Source: Lama glama
Lineage: Eukaryota
DNA length: 64,000 nucleotides
Assembly: GCA_028534125.1 (NCBI GenBank)
Contig: CM052817.1
Span: 2,420,001-2,484,000 of the forward strand
Reading direction: 5' to 3'
The position numbers were made by a program, and so were the translations under genes. How positions within the stretch are numbered: position 1 is the first letter of the stretch; the number at the start of each line of letters is the position of its first letter. Shown here one piece after another: positions 40,081 to 54,000 of the stretch. The notes beneath the pieces were generated by a model. That model was not told the origin of the DNA. It saw only the letters and a list, made by a program, of their open reading frames with translations, and did no database searches.

Positions 40081-43000
40081 TCCAGCCAACTGCTGTGTTA
40101 CCTCGGGGAAAAAATAAAACTTTCTCACAATGAGAGATGAAATGTGAAAGGGGCTTGAATTGCTTAATCCAGAGAACAATCATCGCTTGGGCAAAGGCAT
40201 TCGTGGTCTTTCAGGGTTTCCTCCAAAGTATCTTTTTTGTAAATTGATGAGAAAAATTCATTTTATGTAGCAGAAGGAGGTGAGCCTGGAAACAATAAAA
40301 TCGGCATTCTTATAATTAGCCCTTAAACTGCTCCTCAGTATAAAAGTTTCCTCTGGTGCGAGCTCTATCTTGCCTCTTGCACGTTCTCACTACACAAATC
40401 TGAACCATTTTTGACAGGATTTTTGAGTTTTGTCAGATGTGAATTGTTAAGATTTAATTGAAAAAATGAACAGAACGCAGCCCGTATTTCAAAGGGAGTG
40501 ACCCAGAACCAATTAGAATTTAGTAACAATTGACCATTCAGCACTGAAATCCATGTTGGGAGAATCAGATTAAAGCCACTTTAATTCCCCCCGCCGCGCC
40601 CCCCCGCTCCTGAACTCAAAATATCATTAGTGGGCGATTTCCCTGCCATTTTTTCCAATCAATTTTCCTGGTTTTAGAAGTTGAAGTTCAACCGGCGGGG
40701 ACTGTGCGAGGGAGGATGCCGGCCGATTATCTCCTGCGCTGAGATGATACACAATATAGGTTACCGGCTTGAAAAAACAGGTCAGGCCAGCAACATTCCT
40801 CGTCAAATTGCTGCTGACAGCCCAAACAGGAGACCGGGAAGCGCCACAGAAAAGGCCTTTCATCTGAAGACAACACAGCGAATAATTGGTCATTCTTTCC
40901 TCCTTTTGCCTCCCCTTCTCAGCTGGGGGAAAGTTCCCAAACGAAGCCAGGGCTTCCTCGGCAACTTCTTAATCCCTTCTGGCAGATGCTCTCAGGGAAG
41001 TGTCAGCTGAGAGAGCGCGGCTGGGCGCTGCAGGCGCTGCGCCTGGCGCGTAGTAGGTGCTTATTCGGGGATCGGGGCGGGCCGGCCTGGAAACGAATGA
41101 ATGACTGAGAGTCACTCAGTAGCTTCTGGCCAGCAGCTCTGTTCACGGCACAAGGTCCGTCAGAGCTGGTCCGTGCGGGGTCTGACCTGGTCCAGCCCTC
41201 CTCTGCAGACAGAGTCCCACCTGGGCTCCAGGAGCTGCCAATGCTCCCTCATTTGCACAATATACTCTTGCTCCCCGGGGCTTTCCAGGGTCTTCTCCTC
41301 CTCTGGCTCCAGGACTGGGCCCACCTTCTCTGCCGACTCCCAGCAACCTCCCCCGGTTTACTGAGCACGTCCTGGCGGCCGGATGCTGTAGGGCTTGGTC
41401 TCACACTCATGACAGACGGAGGAGGAAGGTGAGGCTTGGGAAGCCCAGCTGGGGCTGGCTGAGCAGCGCCCGGGACCAGGGGGCCGGTTGCCCCAGGAGC
41501 GTGTCTGTGGCACCGGGGCTCCACCTGGCCCCACCAAGCCCTCTGATTCATTCTCCATCGCTGGGTCCGAGAGCTTCCAGAAGCAGGACCGTGCCCAGGC
41601 CCTTGTCTGTCCAGTCCCAGTGGGACTGAGAGAATCAGAGCGCAGAAGCAAGGCTCACTCTGCACCTGACGTTTGCACAATGAGCTGCCGACGCAAACAC
41701 CGAGGGTTTACGCCCTGTGCTCGCCATTCACGGCTACATTTAAGGCGGGCTTGGGCAGCTGTCCCGGGACCGGTGATGCCCAGCACCTCCGTGTCACCGC
41801 TGCCCCAGACTCCTTTTGGAGAGCTTTCTTTTCATTTCCAGAAGTCAAGGGAGCCCTCAATGCTTTGAGAATTATCAAAGGACAAACATACAAAAGCAAA
41901 CATAGCAGCCCAGGAGGTTTAGACTACAAAGGCGCCTTCAGGGCAACTTGAGTCTTCAGTCTCAGGTCTTCAGTATCTGGGTCTGGGTCCCCAGAAGCAG
42001 ACACTGACTGGTGGACACGTACTTACAAGGAGGGGTCCCGGGAAACAGGGGGTGGGGGAGGGCAGGAAGCCCACAAGTGCTGAGCCACGGGACGGGCCTC
42101 CACGTGGCGAACAGGAAGAGTCCCGTCAGACCACTGACCTCTGCGGGCGTGGCTTGAGGGCTCCTCCGGGTGGGCGGGAGGTGTGCTGGACTCCCTGGCA
42201 CTTCTGGCTGCACAGGGACAGAGGAAAATCTGGCAGTCAGGGAGAATGCCCAGACACAGGGGCGTGGCTGCTGGAAACTGGCAGCCAGGGCACCGAGGCA
42301 GCTGCTGCAGCGGGAGCTTCGGGTCCACTGAGTGTGGGAACACCCTTTGGCTCGGAGGGGTTGGCAGGTGCGGGTCTGCCACTCTCGGCTGCCGGGCCTT
42401 GGGCCGGTCGCCGCCCCTCTCTGAGTCTGTGCGGTGGGAAGAACAGTACTCCCTCTGAGGTTCGTTGTGAGGCCCACCCAGTCCCTGTGGGTAGAGGGCC
42501 AGCTTCTGCAGGGGACGCCACTGAGAGCACCTCAGCGTGCAGTATCCGTAGCTGGGTCAGGGTCGGGGCTGGCTCAGGTGCCTTGCCCCACTGAGAGGCA
42601 GCTCACAGACTCTCTGGGTACCTTAAAGTTACTCAGAGACTGAGGGCGATTAGATAGTGCCTGGATATGCTCCCAGGATGCAGAGTGAGGCCCCAGCAGG
42701 AACCTGCCCTTGTCCCCTAGGGGAGGGAGCTCTGGGACCTGGAAGCACTGTGTCTGGGGAGAGGGGACGTGTACATCCTGTGTGGCCCTGAGGACTGCAG
42801 GGGAGATATGTGTTTCACCTGCTGATGGTGGAAGCAGGATGCTCTGAGATGTAGTGAGCTCTCCGTCCCTGGAGGTGTGTAAGGGGCTGAGTGTCAGTGT
42901 TAAGTTTTCTCAGTTGTGTGTGGAGCTCTGAGCTCTGGATGGTGGTGGTGGTGGTGGTGGTGTTTGGGGATGGCTGGGTAGAATGCCTTTTAAGATCTCT

Positions 43001-45395
43001 TCCACCCCAGAGAGTTTAGAATTCCATTTGTCTGTTCGGGGGCCAAGCAGTGCAAACATGCTCCTCATTTGATGCATTGCATCCGTGACTCCTCGAGGCT
43101 CCCCAGATAGAGTTCTGCAGCCTGGGCCTGGTCTGAATTAGTGGGATGTATAGGGGGAGAATCTGGCTTTAGCCTGAATGATCCGCTGAGTGCTGACCTG
43201 GAGTCTGATGGGAGAGGAGGAGCCACGAGTTGGTGGGGTGCCCAGGGCCTCAGATTGGTACAAAAGCAGAGGGCAGTCTGCCCTGGCTTGGGGGACACTG
43301 TGGAGGGGGCACCTGTGAGAGTCTAACCCAGTGGCAGCTCATGCTTGCCTGGGTGCCCTGGGCACAAATCCTGCAGGATGGGCCCAGGGGAGAAGGAGCC
43401 ATGAGAAAACCCAGCTGCTGGCCATCTGAGCACCTCCTGTCTGGCTTTGGCCATGACGCATCTGAGCTCCAGGGCTGGGAGTTCAAGTCCTGCCTCCACT
43501 TTTTGTGTCAGTCCCCAAACATCCCTGAGCCTCTGCCTTCCCCGTGCAGCGCGACATCCTCAGTCTCCCCTCTTCCAGGGGAACGTATTCGGGGCTGAGG
43601 AGTTCCAGGCCGGCCACTTCTGGAGAGATGCACCCAAGGCCACACTCAGCTGGGGTCCTCCTGCCGCTCCTTGGGCTCAGCTGAGTGTTTTCTGGACGTA
43701 TGGCCAAGGGGCCCCATGGCACCGTCACTCCCTGTCCCTCTTTTATTGGCCAGCGTTGTACAGTCACTGCCATTTGCAGCAGGAGACCCAGGTGAAGCGG
43801 CGAGGTGCCAGGCCCTGGGAACCCCGGGGGGGAAGGCTGGTGTCGGGCAGCAGAGGCCCGTGGGCCCTGGAGGTTTCCGGCGGTGAAGAAATGACGCCAT
43901 TCTTCATCATTTATTCACTCGCTCAGCAGACCCTGAGCACTCCCGGGCGGAGCTCAGAGTCGGACACAGTAACGGACACTAACTGGTACAGCTGATCCTT
44001 GCACGAAATAGCTGACAAGGCCTCCCAACGGCGAGTTTCCTGGGTCTTCACCTGATTCCCGCGTCATCTCCAAGACGTGTTTCCGTCTGCAGCACCTGGG
44101 CTCTGACAGCAGTAGGTGCGGTTACGCCCGCTGACTTTGTTCGGTTCACCTTTCAAAATTTAACAAAGGCAATGCACATCCTTACAGATTGATAATGATG
44201 ATTCCACATGAGCTCTACCCAGGGTGACAGCTGTTCTTGGAGCCCCTCTGTGCCCAGTGCCAGGCCAGGGGCTGGACAGGCGGAGGTGGCCTCCCCTTGC
44301 TAGTCCTGCAGGGCCCCGAGCGTGAGGCCACCAGGACTGAGAGCTGACCCTCAGATGCTCCTCCTGGCTGTCCACCTTCTCCTCCTCTTCACAGAATTCA
44401 GATGAAGGAGCCCAGCACACTCATCTACAGACAGACCGCGGGTCCCAGCCAGGGGGCGGCCCCCAGCACCTGCAGGCATCTGGCCAAAGCACTAGAGTCA
44501 AAGGTCAGGCTCAAATGTGGACGTTATCCTTTGCTTGCAGTGGGCCCTTAAGCTCCCTTGGCCTCAGTTTACCCATCTGTAAAGTGGAAATAAGAATTTT
44601 GCCTTCTGGGCTTTCAAGAGGATTCAATGAGTTAATTGTGCCTAGCAGAATGAATTTTCGAGCATAATTAGACAAGGAGACTGAGGGGTGCAGAGGCAGA
44701 GCTTAGAGCCCAGGTGTCCCAGCTTCCAGGCTCAGGGCTCGGCCCTGGAAAGCCACACAAGGGGGCGAGTTTTCAAGGCGGGAGCATCTCGGTGGACTCT
44801 GCCCACCCCCACCCCCAGCTTCTGCGAGGATCCGACCCTCCTGTCTCCTTAGGGCGGCGGGGGTTGAGGGGGGAGAAGAAAGGCTGAAACCGTATCCTCC
44901 GTCGACTTGAGGTCAGGGGATCAGACCCCCACGTGTTCTCCACCGTCAAAGCCCCTGCAGGATTTTCTTGAAGTTCAGTTTCACATCATATGGCTAAACA
45001 TTTGGAACTTTTTAAACGGAAATTGTAGAAAAAAATGACAAGTATTTAAGTCTCGGAACACAATACCTTCCTGGCAGGGAGCCATGAGAGAAAGCTCGAC
45101 GCTGGAGAAAAAAAATGGTCATAATTGTCAATCTGGATTAATCTAGGCGTTCTTCCGCTTAACCCTGGGTCGGGCTGAGCCGGCTAATCAGGGCGCGAGA
45201 GACACTGTCTCTTGTAACTGTACCAGGCCTCGGGTCTTCCCATCAGCTAACTTTCCCATCACATTTCTTTAATTATAAGCTCTGTTCAGTGGAGCCACAG
45301 ACGAGACTGAACCACTAGGAAAACGGGGAAGCCGTGGGCAGCTGCGCCAGCCTCAGCAGCGCGGCTGAGCCGGGGGCGGGGCGGGCGAGGTCCCA

Positions 45396-45421
45396 GCGCG
45401 CGCGCGCGCGCGCGCGCGCGC
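45396..45421. repeat. Perfect (GC)13 microsatellite
   Basis: gcgcgcgcgcgcgcgcgcgcgcgcgc read directly. Confidence 0.95.
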
Positions 45422-48159
45422 ACCCGCACACGGGCATCCCAGGAAGAATTCAGCGAGCGCGGTGGGGGGGGGCGGGGACAGTCCCGGTAAAGGCAGCGCT
45501 GGCTTAGCAACTCCTCAGGCCCCCTGCAAGGGCGGGTCTACTCTCCATTTCACAGACCCTGAAACTGAAGTGCAGACAGGATGGAGCTGAGTCTTCTGGA
45601 ACAAGTGGCTCCTGTCCCAGCCCTGGGAGCGACCTGCACCTGCAGTGCCTTGCGTGCGCCTGCCTGCTGAGCTGGGGTGACAGGGTGGGAAATGGCTACC
45701 GCTCTCCACCGTGCTGGCCAGGGGATGAGGGGGTGCTCTGCACAGAGCTGGAGGCCCCTCTTTCTCCTTGACGACAGCCCCACTCCCATCCAGGCCAGTG
45801 TGGCTTTGCCTCCCTCAGCTGTCTCTTCCTGTGCCCCTTCTCTACCCCCGGACCTTCATCCTCCCTGCCACACCCATCTTGGAGCAGACAGGGGCCAGAC
45901 TCCATCCTCTCTATATGCCTGTCGGACTCGCAGTGTCCTCCTGGCGCCGGGGGTGTCAGCATCCTGGGGGGTCTGGGCCACAGGGAGGGGCAGAAACACG
46001 CAGAGGGAGGAAATCTACACCAGAGACAGAGGAAGAGCACGGGGCTGGGGGCCGCTGGGGGCCAGCTGTGGCCACGTGCGGCGGACTGTCCTGTGTGGCT
46101 CGGTGCCTCACCTGCGATGGGAGGGATTTGGCAGACGGGACCTCTGCCCCCCACCAGCATGCCCACCTTCTCCATGCTGTGGCGTCCGGACGCCAGCAGC
46201 CTCCACAGGTTTGCCAGCTCGCTCAGGCTCAGAGCAGCTTGGGGAGGCTGTGAGGGGCTGCAGGGCCCAGGGGAGAGCAGCCACCACCCTTGGCACTCTC
46301 CCTTTGGCAAGTGCTCCTTTCCCCGCTGAAGCCACCTCTACGCCAGCAACCTAGGCACGCTGGGGACGACCCCCTCGCTTCACCAGCTCTCAGAGGATTC
46401 CTTTTAGGGAAAGCCTCTCGCCCATTCCCACACTCTAGACACCGGGCTGTGGAAACCAAGTGGCCCTCCATCCTGCCCCTGGAGAGCACCTGGGCCCAGG
46501 GAAGTCATTCGTTGTCAACCAGGGGGGACTCCATCATTGCCAGTTGCAGCACAAAGGTGGGAGATCAACTCTAATAGGCACCCCCACAAAGGCTTCCTGG
46601 AGGCGGCGTCACTTCTGAGATTCTTAAAGGTGAATGGAATTTGCTAGATGGGCAAGGTCCTGAGAGAAGTGGGAATAGAGAAACAAGAATGCCAAGCTGG
46701 CGTGGCCCTCACGGAGACTCCTGGGGCAGGGTCAGAGGTGTGTCTGGGGCTGTCTCCCTAGGCCTTGAGTCCCTGGTTCAGGAAGGGGACTTTGTCCAGC
46801 AGGCAGCAGAGACCCAGGCAGGTTTTTGTGTGGCTGAGAAGCTCCCTGACAGCAGGTGGAGGCATGACTAGGGGCTAGGCTGGGACAGGTGAGCACTGAG
46901 GAGGTCCTCAGGGTTCCAGGGGACTGGGCTGGTGGTCACGGCAGGTAGCTCATGAGCCTGGGGGAGAGGGTGGGCAAGGTGGGGGACAGGAGGTTCAGAG
47001 GACTCGATGCCTGGTGGGTGGGCAGCAAAGGTGGCTTCTGTGTTCTTCGTATGGGTGACCAGATGGATTCAGTGTGGAAGCTACAGGACCAAATCACAGG
47101 GACCATCAAAGATGCTCCATTCCCCAGAGTGGCCTCCAAGAACCTTGCACAGTCTTACAAGGGTGAGGGTGCACACTGCTCATGCCCCACCCCCCAGTGC
47201 ATCACCCCTTGGCTGCTTCTGAAAGGAATGCCCTTTGGACATTTGCAGCCAAAGACCATGCACCCCAGGGTCCCTCATCAGTCCAGAGAGGGCTCTGCAG
47301 AGGGAGGGCCAGCTCCGCACCTGGGCCAGCTGTGCCCCATGCCCAGCGACGCCGCTGAAAGGAATGATTAATGAACACCTCCGTCCTCAGAGCTCTCGGA
47401 TAAGCCAGCTCTGCAGACCCATGTGAAAGGTGGCTCCTTGGAGTTTCCTTTTGACCTGGGCTTCCAAGCTCGGGTTTCCAACCCAGGGCCCACTGGTGCT
47501 CTTTCTCGGTCCAGCCTCAGTGCTTCCGGATCCCCCCTCTCTGTTCTCTTGTCTGGCACCAGGTGCCCAGGTGGGGGCCCACACCTGCCCTCCTGGAAAC
47601 TACACACACATTTAAATGTTTCTGGTTTTGTCTTAATTGTTCTATTTCACTGAGCATACAGTCTTGTTTTGTGTTCAGTCACTTTGGAAAGAGGTGGGGA
47701 ATAAATCCAAAATAATTGCGTCAAAAAGATGAGTGTTTTTGTGATGAATTTCCTTCCACTTACGCTGGGGTGTCCACACTCCCCTCCTGGTTCTGGCTCT
47801 CTGAACTGTAGGATGTGTGCATGTGCCGCCCTGGGTCCTCCTTTCCCCGCCTTTCACTCAGCCCCTCCTCCCTCTCTCCATCGCCTGGCTCAGGTACTGG
47901 TGCTCTCAGCAGCCTTCCCTGACCACCAAGCCTAAGCATGGAAGTGGCAAAATGTTCCAAGTTCTCCACGCTCTTCTGTATCTCGCTACAGTGTCGTTGC
48001 ATGACTTCGCAGCTCCTCCCTCTGCAGGTGGAATCAAACTTCCCACCTGGTAGCTGGAAGGCCTGAGACTACCTGGGGCCAGTGGGATTCAGGAGAAGTG
48101 ATGGCGCGTCACTCGCAGCAAGGCTTCGAGAGGGAGGGTGAGCTCTAACTACTCTGAGT

Positions 48160-51020
48160 CATCGATATTTTCCTTTATGGTTTGTATTTTTTTTTGTGCT
48201 ATATTTAAAAATTCCTCCCTGCTCTGGGGTCATTAAGGTATCATTTTATATTTTCTTCTAAAAGGTTTATAGTTCTTTTCACCTTGATGGCTTTAATCTG
48301 TTGGAAATTGATTTTTGTATATGGTGTGAGATAGGGATTCAACAGTCCATATGGAAAGCCCCTAATCGGTCCCAATCAGAACCTGCATTGGAGGGTCTGT
48401 TTCCCCTGATGATTTGTGTTCCTATCCCTGTCAAAAGTCAAGCTCCCAAAGATGTGTTATTTCTGAGATTTCCAGTTTGTTCTCTCTGTCTTGACCCATT
48501 GCTACACTTTCCTAATTGCCATAATCTTAAAGCAATCCTTTCTATGTTTTTATTTTCTAAAATTAAAAATAAAATTGTCTTGATCCATTTCTCTTCCATT
48601 ATCTTTTCCAAAGCTCATGGAAAAAAATCTGTTAGAATTCTTGATTCAAATTTCATTGACTCTATGGGCTAAGTTAGGGAGTATTGACATCTTTATGACC
48701 CAAGTCTTCAAATCCATGTATTTTCTGTATTTTGTAACTTTTCCCAGTAAACAGCTTGCATAGTTCTAAAGATTATAGTTTTCATTGCTCAAGATTGGGA
48801 TTTTTTTCTCTGTTGGTTTTGTTATTGATTATTAGTGGCATCTGGGAATTCTATAGTTTTTGTATCCAGCAAACTTGTTGATTAGTAGTTATGCCTGTAT
48901 AATTATTTGTACTCTTTGTACCAGTTTGTTCATAGAGTATCTTGGATTTTCTATGTGAACAACCACAGTATTTTCCAATGTTTGCCTCTTTGATTTTTCT
49001 CTTGTCCTATTGTATTGTCTAGATCCACCAGTACAATGTTGAACGTAAGTGATGATAAGAGCATCCTTGCCTTGATCTTGACTTTAAGAACGATTCTTAG
49101 AAAATGTCTGGAAAATGACTAAGTGTGACATTTACTCTGTTTTGGATAGACAGTTTTTATTAGGTGTGGCAGAGCCACTGATTGTCCCTGGTTACCCATT
49201 ATCTCTCATTATTTCCTTCAAGTAATAGAACTATTTTGGGTTTTAGCAGTGCGCATGAATATCGGATGGAAACTATATTTTCCAGGCTCTGTGTGGCCAA
49301 ATGACTAAGTTCTCATTAGCAGATTTGGGGAGAAGTGATGTGTGCAAATTCCATGTCACTTTGCCTTTATGTGGAAGTGATGGTGGTGCTGGTGAGCCTG
49401 CTTTGACCAGGTGGGTGAGGACCACATCATGGGGCATGTGAACAGCACATAGGAGGCAGGAGGAGCCTGTGTGCCTGGGTGAGCTCCGGAGCAGAGCCGC
49501 CTGCCTGACCAGCATTGTTACATGTCATAGAAGCAGACCCCATCTTGTCCTACTGCTGGTTACTTCCCTTTGTTTCTCAGCTTAGCCTGTACCTTGTCTA
49601 AATTTATCCAAATAAATCATTCTATTAATAATTTGTTATGAATTTTGAAAATGAAAAAATTAGTGAACAAATTCTATTGAATGCTTGTTGGTATCTATTA
49701 AGATGACCAAATTAGCTTTTTTCTTTTTTTTTTTTTTTATTGGAAGTGTTGGGGATTGAACCCAGGACCTCGTGCATGCTAAGCATGCACTCTACCACTG
49801 AGCTATTCCTCCCCATCACCAAATTGGGTTTTATCATTCCTCCTCCTTTCATCTCTTGATGTGCCACTGTTTATTATTAAATTTTTGGGTTAAGAACTCT
49901 CCTTACATTTCTGGGATAAACTAAAACGAGCTGTAGTTATTTTAATACACTGCTAGATTTGATTTGCAAGTCTTCCCCTAAAGAATTTTTTTTTGCATCT
50001 ATGTTTGTAATTGAAATTGGTGTAACATGCTTTTTATGAATTGTCATTTAGCTTCAGGCATGAGGTTATACTACTCTCAGAAAACGAATTGTTTTCCCAT
50101 TTCCCGCCCCCACCCCCCATTCAACAAAGCCAGATGCACATGCCAGGGAGCGTCTGTTCCCTGACTGTTTGATGGATCTCACTGTAACGCTGTTTGAGCT
50201 GGGTGGCTTTTATTTGTTGTGTGGAGGTGCACATTTTTGCCAGTCAATTCAATTTCTGCATTGATTATTGGTTTGTTCATGCCTTCTATTTCATCTTGAA
50301 TTAATTTTGGCAATTAATTTACCTTCAGGAAAACTGACCACTATACTTACCTATAAAATGTATTGGTACACAGTTGATTGCAGTATCTAACAATTTCTAA
50401 ATCTGTCCTGTATCTGCTATGTTTCCTCCTTGTTCCAGTGTTATTTCTTTACAGCATTTTTTTTTCCTATTTGGTCTTGCTGGGAAGATTCCTATCTTAC
50501 TTTCTCAGAAAACAGCGTTTTGCTTTCGTTGAACTTTTCTATGTTTCTTCATTTTCTTTTAATCAATTTGTTCTCAGCTTTACTTCTTTCCTTCTGTGTT
50601 CTTTAGAGTTACTGCCATTCTCCTGTTATTTCCTTGAGTTTAAAATGTAACATATTCATTTTCTGATTTTCTTGTTTTGCAATAAATGCATAGTTTACAA
50701 ATATGCATTTGTGATCAATTTAAAAATTAACTTAGGTGCATCCCAGAAAACTTCTATGTCAAGCTTTTGTTTTCATTCAGCACTAATTCATAGTTTCTAT
50801 TATAATCTCCTCTGTAACACATACATTTTTTAGGAGTATGTCTGAAGTTTACAAATTTACGTGTACATACATTTAAATGGCTTGTGTTGTTGATTGCTAA
50901 ATTAATTCCATTGTGGCTGAAGAACATAGTCTATATGAAACTTACTCTTTGAGATTTGTTGAGGTGCATTTTTTTGACCGGGAGGTTGTCAAGTTTTGTA
51001 AATGTCTTACCTGTGTTTGA
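48160..51020 (-). mobile_element. Ancient degraded LINE-1 block (T-rich) with a nested MaLR (~49165-49600) and SINE
   Basis: Abrupt AT-rich, T-skewed 2.9 kb with antisense L1 phrases (ttgatttttgtatatggtgtgagataggg; ccagtacaatgttgaa..taagtgatgat..gagcatccttgccttg). Confidence 0.75.
49721..49814 (-). mobile_element. tRNA-derived SINE (Vic-1-like) with degenerate TSD
   Basis: Poly-T then ggggattgaacccaggacctcgtgcatgctaagcatgcactctaccactgagcta; flanks atgaccaaattagctttt / atcaccaaattgggtttt. Confidence 0.88.
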
Positions 51021-54000
51021 AAGAGCATTTAAACTCCCTGCAGAAGAAAATGTCACCCTAGAGGCCATGTCTGCCTACGTCCAACCCTGGGCAGCACAAG
51101 GCACTTTGTACCTTTACGTATGTTTCCAAACAGCCCTGGGAGGGAAGGAGGGCAGAGATTAGCTACCATATTTGACAGGAGAGGGACTGAAGCTCAGAGA
51201 GGGAAAGCAGTGTGTCTGAGGTCACACAGCAACTACGTGCCAGGTGACTGAGGAGTGTAACTCCTTCTGCCTGTGCCTGTGGGGGCCACCTTGAAAGTAG
51301 CTGGAAGGAACAGTGTGTAATTATGTGGAACAGCGTGGGACGGCATTGGGGCTTTGCCCAAGCTTGAGCATTGGGTCCTGGCCCTGATGTGGGCAGGAGT
51401 TAGAGATTTGTCGCCTGCGGTATATTCTCACCTTTGTAAACTCCAGACCCGCTGTCCTGCCAAGTGGCCCCTCTGGACTCCCTCCCTTTGAGGAATTGGG
51501 GCCCCACCTGGAGTGCCTGCTCTGGTCCATGTCACCTTGGGGGGCTCAGTCCACCTTCCCGTCTTGGTCCTCCCGCTTCCTACAGTCTGGGAAATGACAG
51601 GCTGCTGTCACTCCCCCACATTTTGTGCCTTCCTGAACGCTTCCTGGGTTTCTGCTCAAGTTGGAATGGTCTCCCCCACAATTCTGCAAGGCTGGTCTTG
51701 CTTTGCCCTGGCATCCCGCAGGACCCCGAGTCCTTGTGCCCCTCTCTATCTAGATAGTCCCCAGGCCCACAGCTTTGCCTCCTTCCTGGCTCCAGTGTCT
51801 GTCCTGCCCCACCCTGCCCCGCCACTGTCCCTCTCTAGAACCGTCCCTCCTCCCCTCGTGGGCTTCCTGGCCCCCCACCCCCTCTCCCTGCTTCAGCCCA
51901 GAAAGGGTGTTTCTAACACACGGGACCATCCCTCTCCAGCTCATCCCCTCCTCACTGTCTCCCTCATGTCCAGCTTCTCAGCCCCCAGCGGCCAGTTCTG
52001 CCGCCATGACAAACTAATTGTCATCTCTTTTTTGCCCCCAAGTCATTGTCTACACTGCTTCCTATGTGGAATTCCCTTCTCCTTCTGTGATACCTGGCCA
52101 ATACTACCCATCCTTGGCAACCTGGCTCCAAGTCACCTCCTCCAGGCAGCCTTCCTTGATCTCCAGGTTGGGTGAGGGCCACTCTGCCCTCCCAGAGCAC
52201 CTGGGGCTACCCTTGGTCCTGGCTGTGATCCCACGACTGTGTGGTCGCCACCTTTTCCCTCATCACCAGGGTCTCCGAGGCTCCCTCCCTGTCCTGGCTC
52301 TGCCTCGCAGGCTGCCGCCCAGCCAGTGGTCTCCGTGGTTGCTGGGCAAGCACTCTGGACGGGGGCAGGTAAAGGGACCATCCCCTTCCTCCCTCTCCTT
52401 GCGGTGGCCCCCCGGATGGAGGGCTCCTGCCTGCTGACCAAGGTCAATGCCCTTTCCAACGGCCCTTCATTAGTGAGTGGACATCTCGCCGAGTCAGCAG
52501 GGACCTCTTCACAGCCCCTGTTCAGGGTCACTAGGTCCCTGGAGAATGTGGCCGAGGGCGGCCGGCCAACAACAGGGGCCATTGTCCTCGCCTGGCGCGG
52601 ACGGGGTCGGCCCAGGCCCATCTGGACAGGGCAGGGGTCATGACCTCAGCCGCTCTCGAGAGATCCTGCCAAGACCCCAGGCACAGCCAGGCCGATGAGA
52701 GGGGAGCACAGATGGCGTCCTCGGGAGCCAGGCAGGGCCGCCGGGGACCTGTTTGAGGGTCCGAGGGAGCAGCTTCATCTCTAAGCCCCTCACCCCGCTG
52801 GCTCCCAGGGGGCCTCTTCCACCACAGCCCCGAGGCACGACCAGCACATCTTGGTGGGGGACCCTCCCCTCCCGCGCAGCCCCAAGTCTCTGGACACCAA
52901 AGCTCTGCGAGGCCCGAGGCAGCTCAGCCCCCGGGATTCCCCTCTGGAGATGTGGTGACTGCACCCACCCTACCTTCATGCCCATCTGTCTCCATCCCCC
53001 CTCCCCGTCCGGTCCTCACTGGGCCCCTCTGCTGGGCACGGAAGTGGCCAGTATGTAGGAATTACAGCACGTGCCAGGCGCTCTCCGGGCTGTGTCGCCA
53101 TGGGAATCCTCCATCCCTGGATGTGTCCACAGGCCCCAGGGGACACCTGGGAGGGGAAGCACCTTGCCCAGACTCAGCCCTGAGGTCCGTGCAGGCCCAG
53201 CAGCTGGAGGAGGAGCCAGCGGGGTGCCACTTCCTGGGGACGCGCCCTCCAGCCCCTTGCCTGAGCGACACATGTCTTCTGAGTCCTCGCCGAGGCCCGG
53301 CTGGATTATTGTCACTGATGATGCTGGTTTTGTTTCACATATTTTTGGTCTTTCAAGAAATCAGCCTTCACAGGCTCAGCTGAAACCCTCCCCTTCTCCT
53401 TGCCCTTCCCTCCCCCTCCCCCGCCGCCCCCCCCCAGCTCACCTTTATCCCACGCGTGTAAGTTCAAATGCTTGCACACGGCGTGGCCAGTAGACGCTAG
53501 TGACGTGGACATTTAAGACATTAACAGAAAGTCACAGTGCATTTAATCCTCTTCCTTAGCTCCTTCCACCCGAACCTGGGCTGCTCCTAAGCCCTGTCCG
53601 TGCAGGGCCGAGGGGCTGCTGTAGGAGAGAAGATATTCGGGGGGGCCTCTGTTTTGCTGATGAGGACACAGAGGCTCAGAGCCACGAGGGGCTGGGACGC
53701 ACTCACGGGTCTGCACGGGCCTGAGCTGGGCCTCAAAGCCGGCCTGGCTGAGCAGCGTTTCCCGGAAGGGAGGCGGCTTCCCAGTCTTCCAGTGTCCTGG
53801 CCCCACTGACCCCCGAGCTGGGCCGCTCTGAGCAAGGCCGAGCATCCCCATGGCCAGGCCCTGTCCAGGCTTTTCTGTCTCGACACATGCCTCCCTTCTG
53901 CTCACCTGCCTGGAACCCCCTTGGTCTTTAAGGCCCGGCTGAAAAGCCCCTGCCAGGCTCATCAGCTCTGGATTAAACGGGGTCAGAGGGGTCGCTTGGC

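Noticed and set aside
50170..50178. Second TGATGGAT Pbx-Hox-like site
   Set aside because: Isolated match inside a degraded L1 with no supporting motif cluster.
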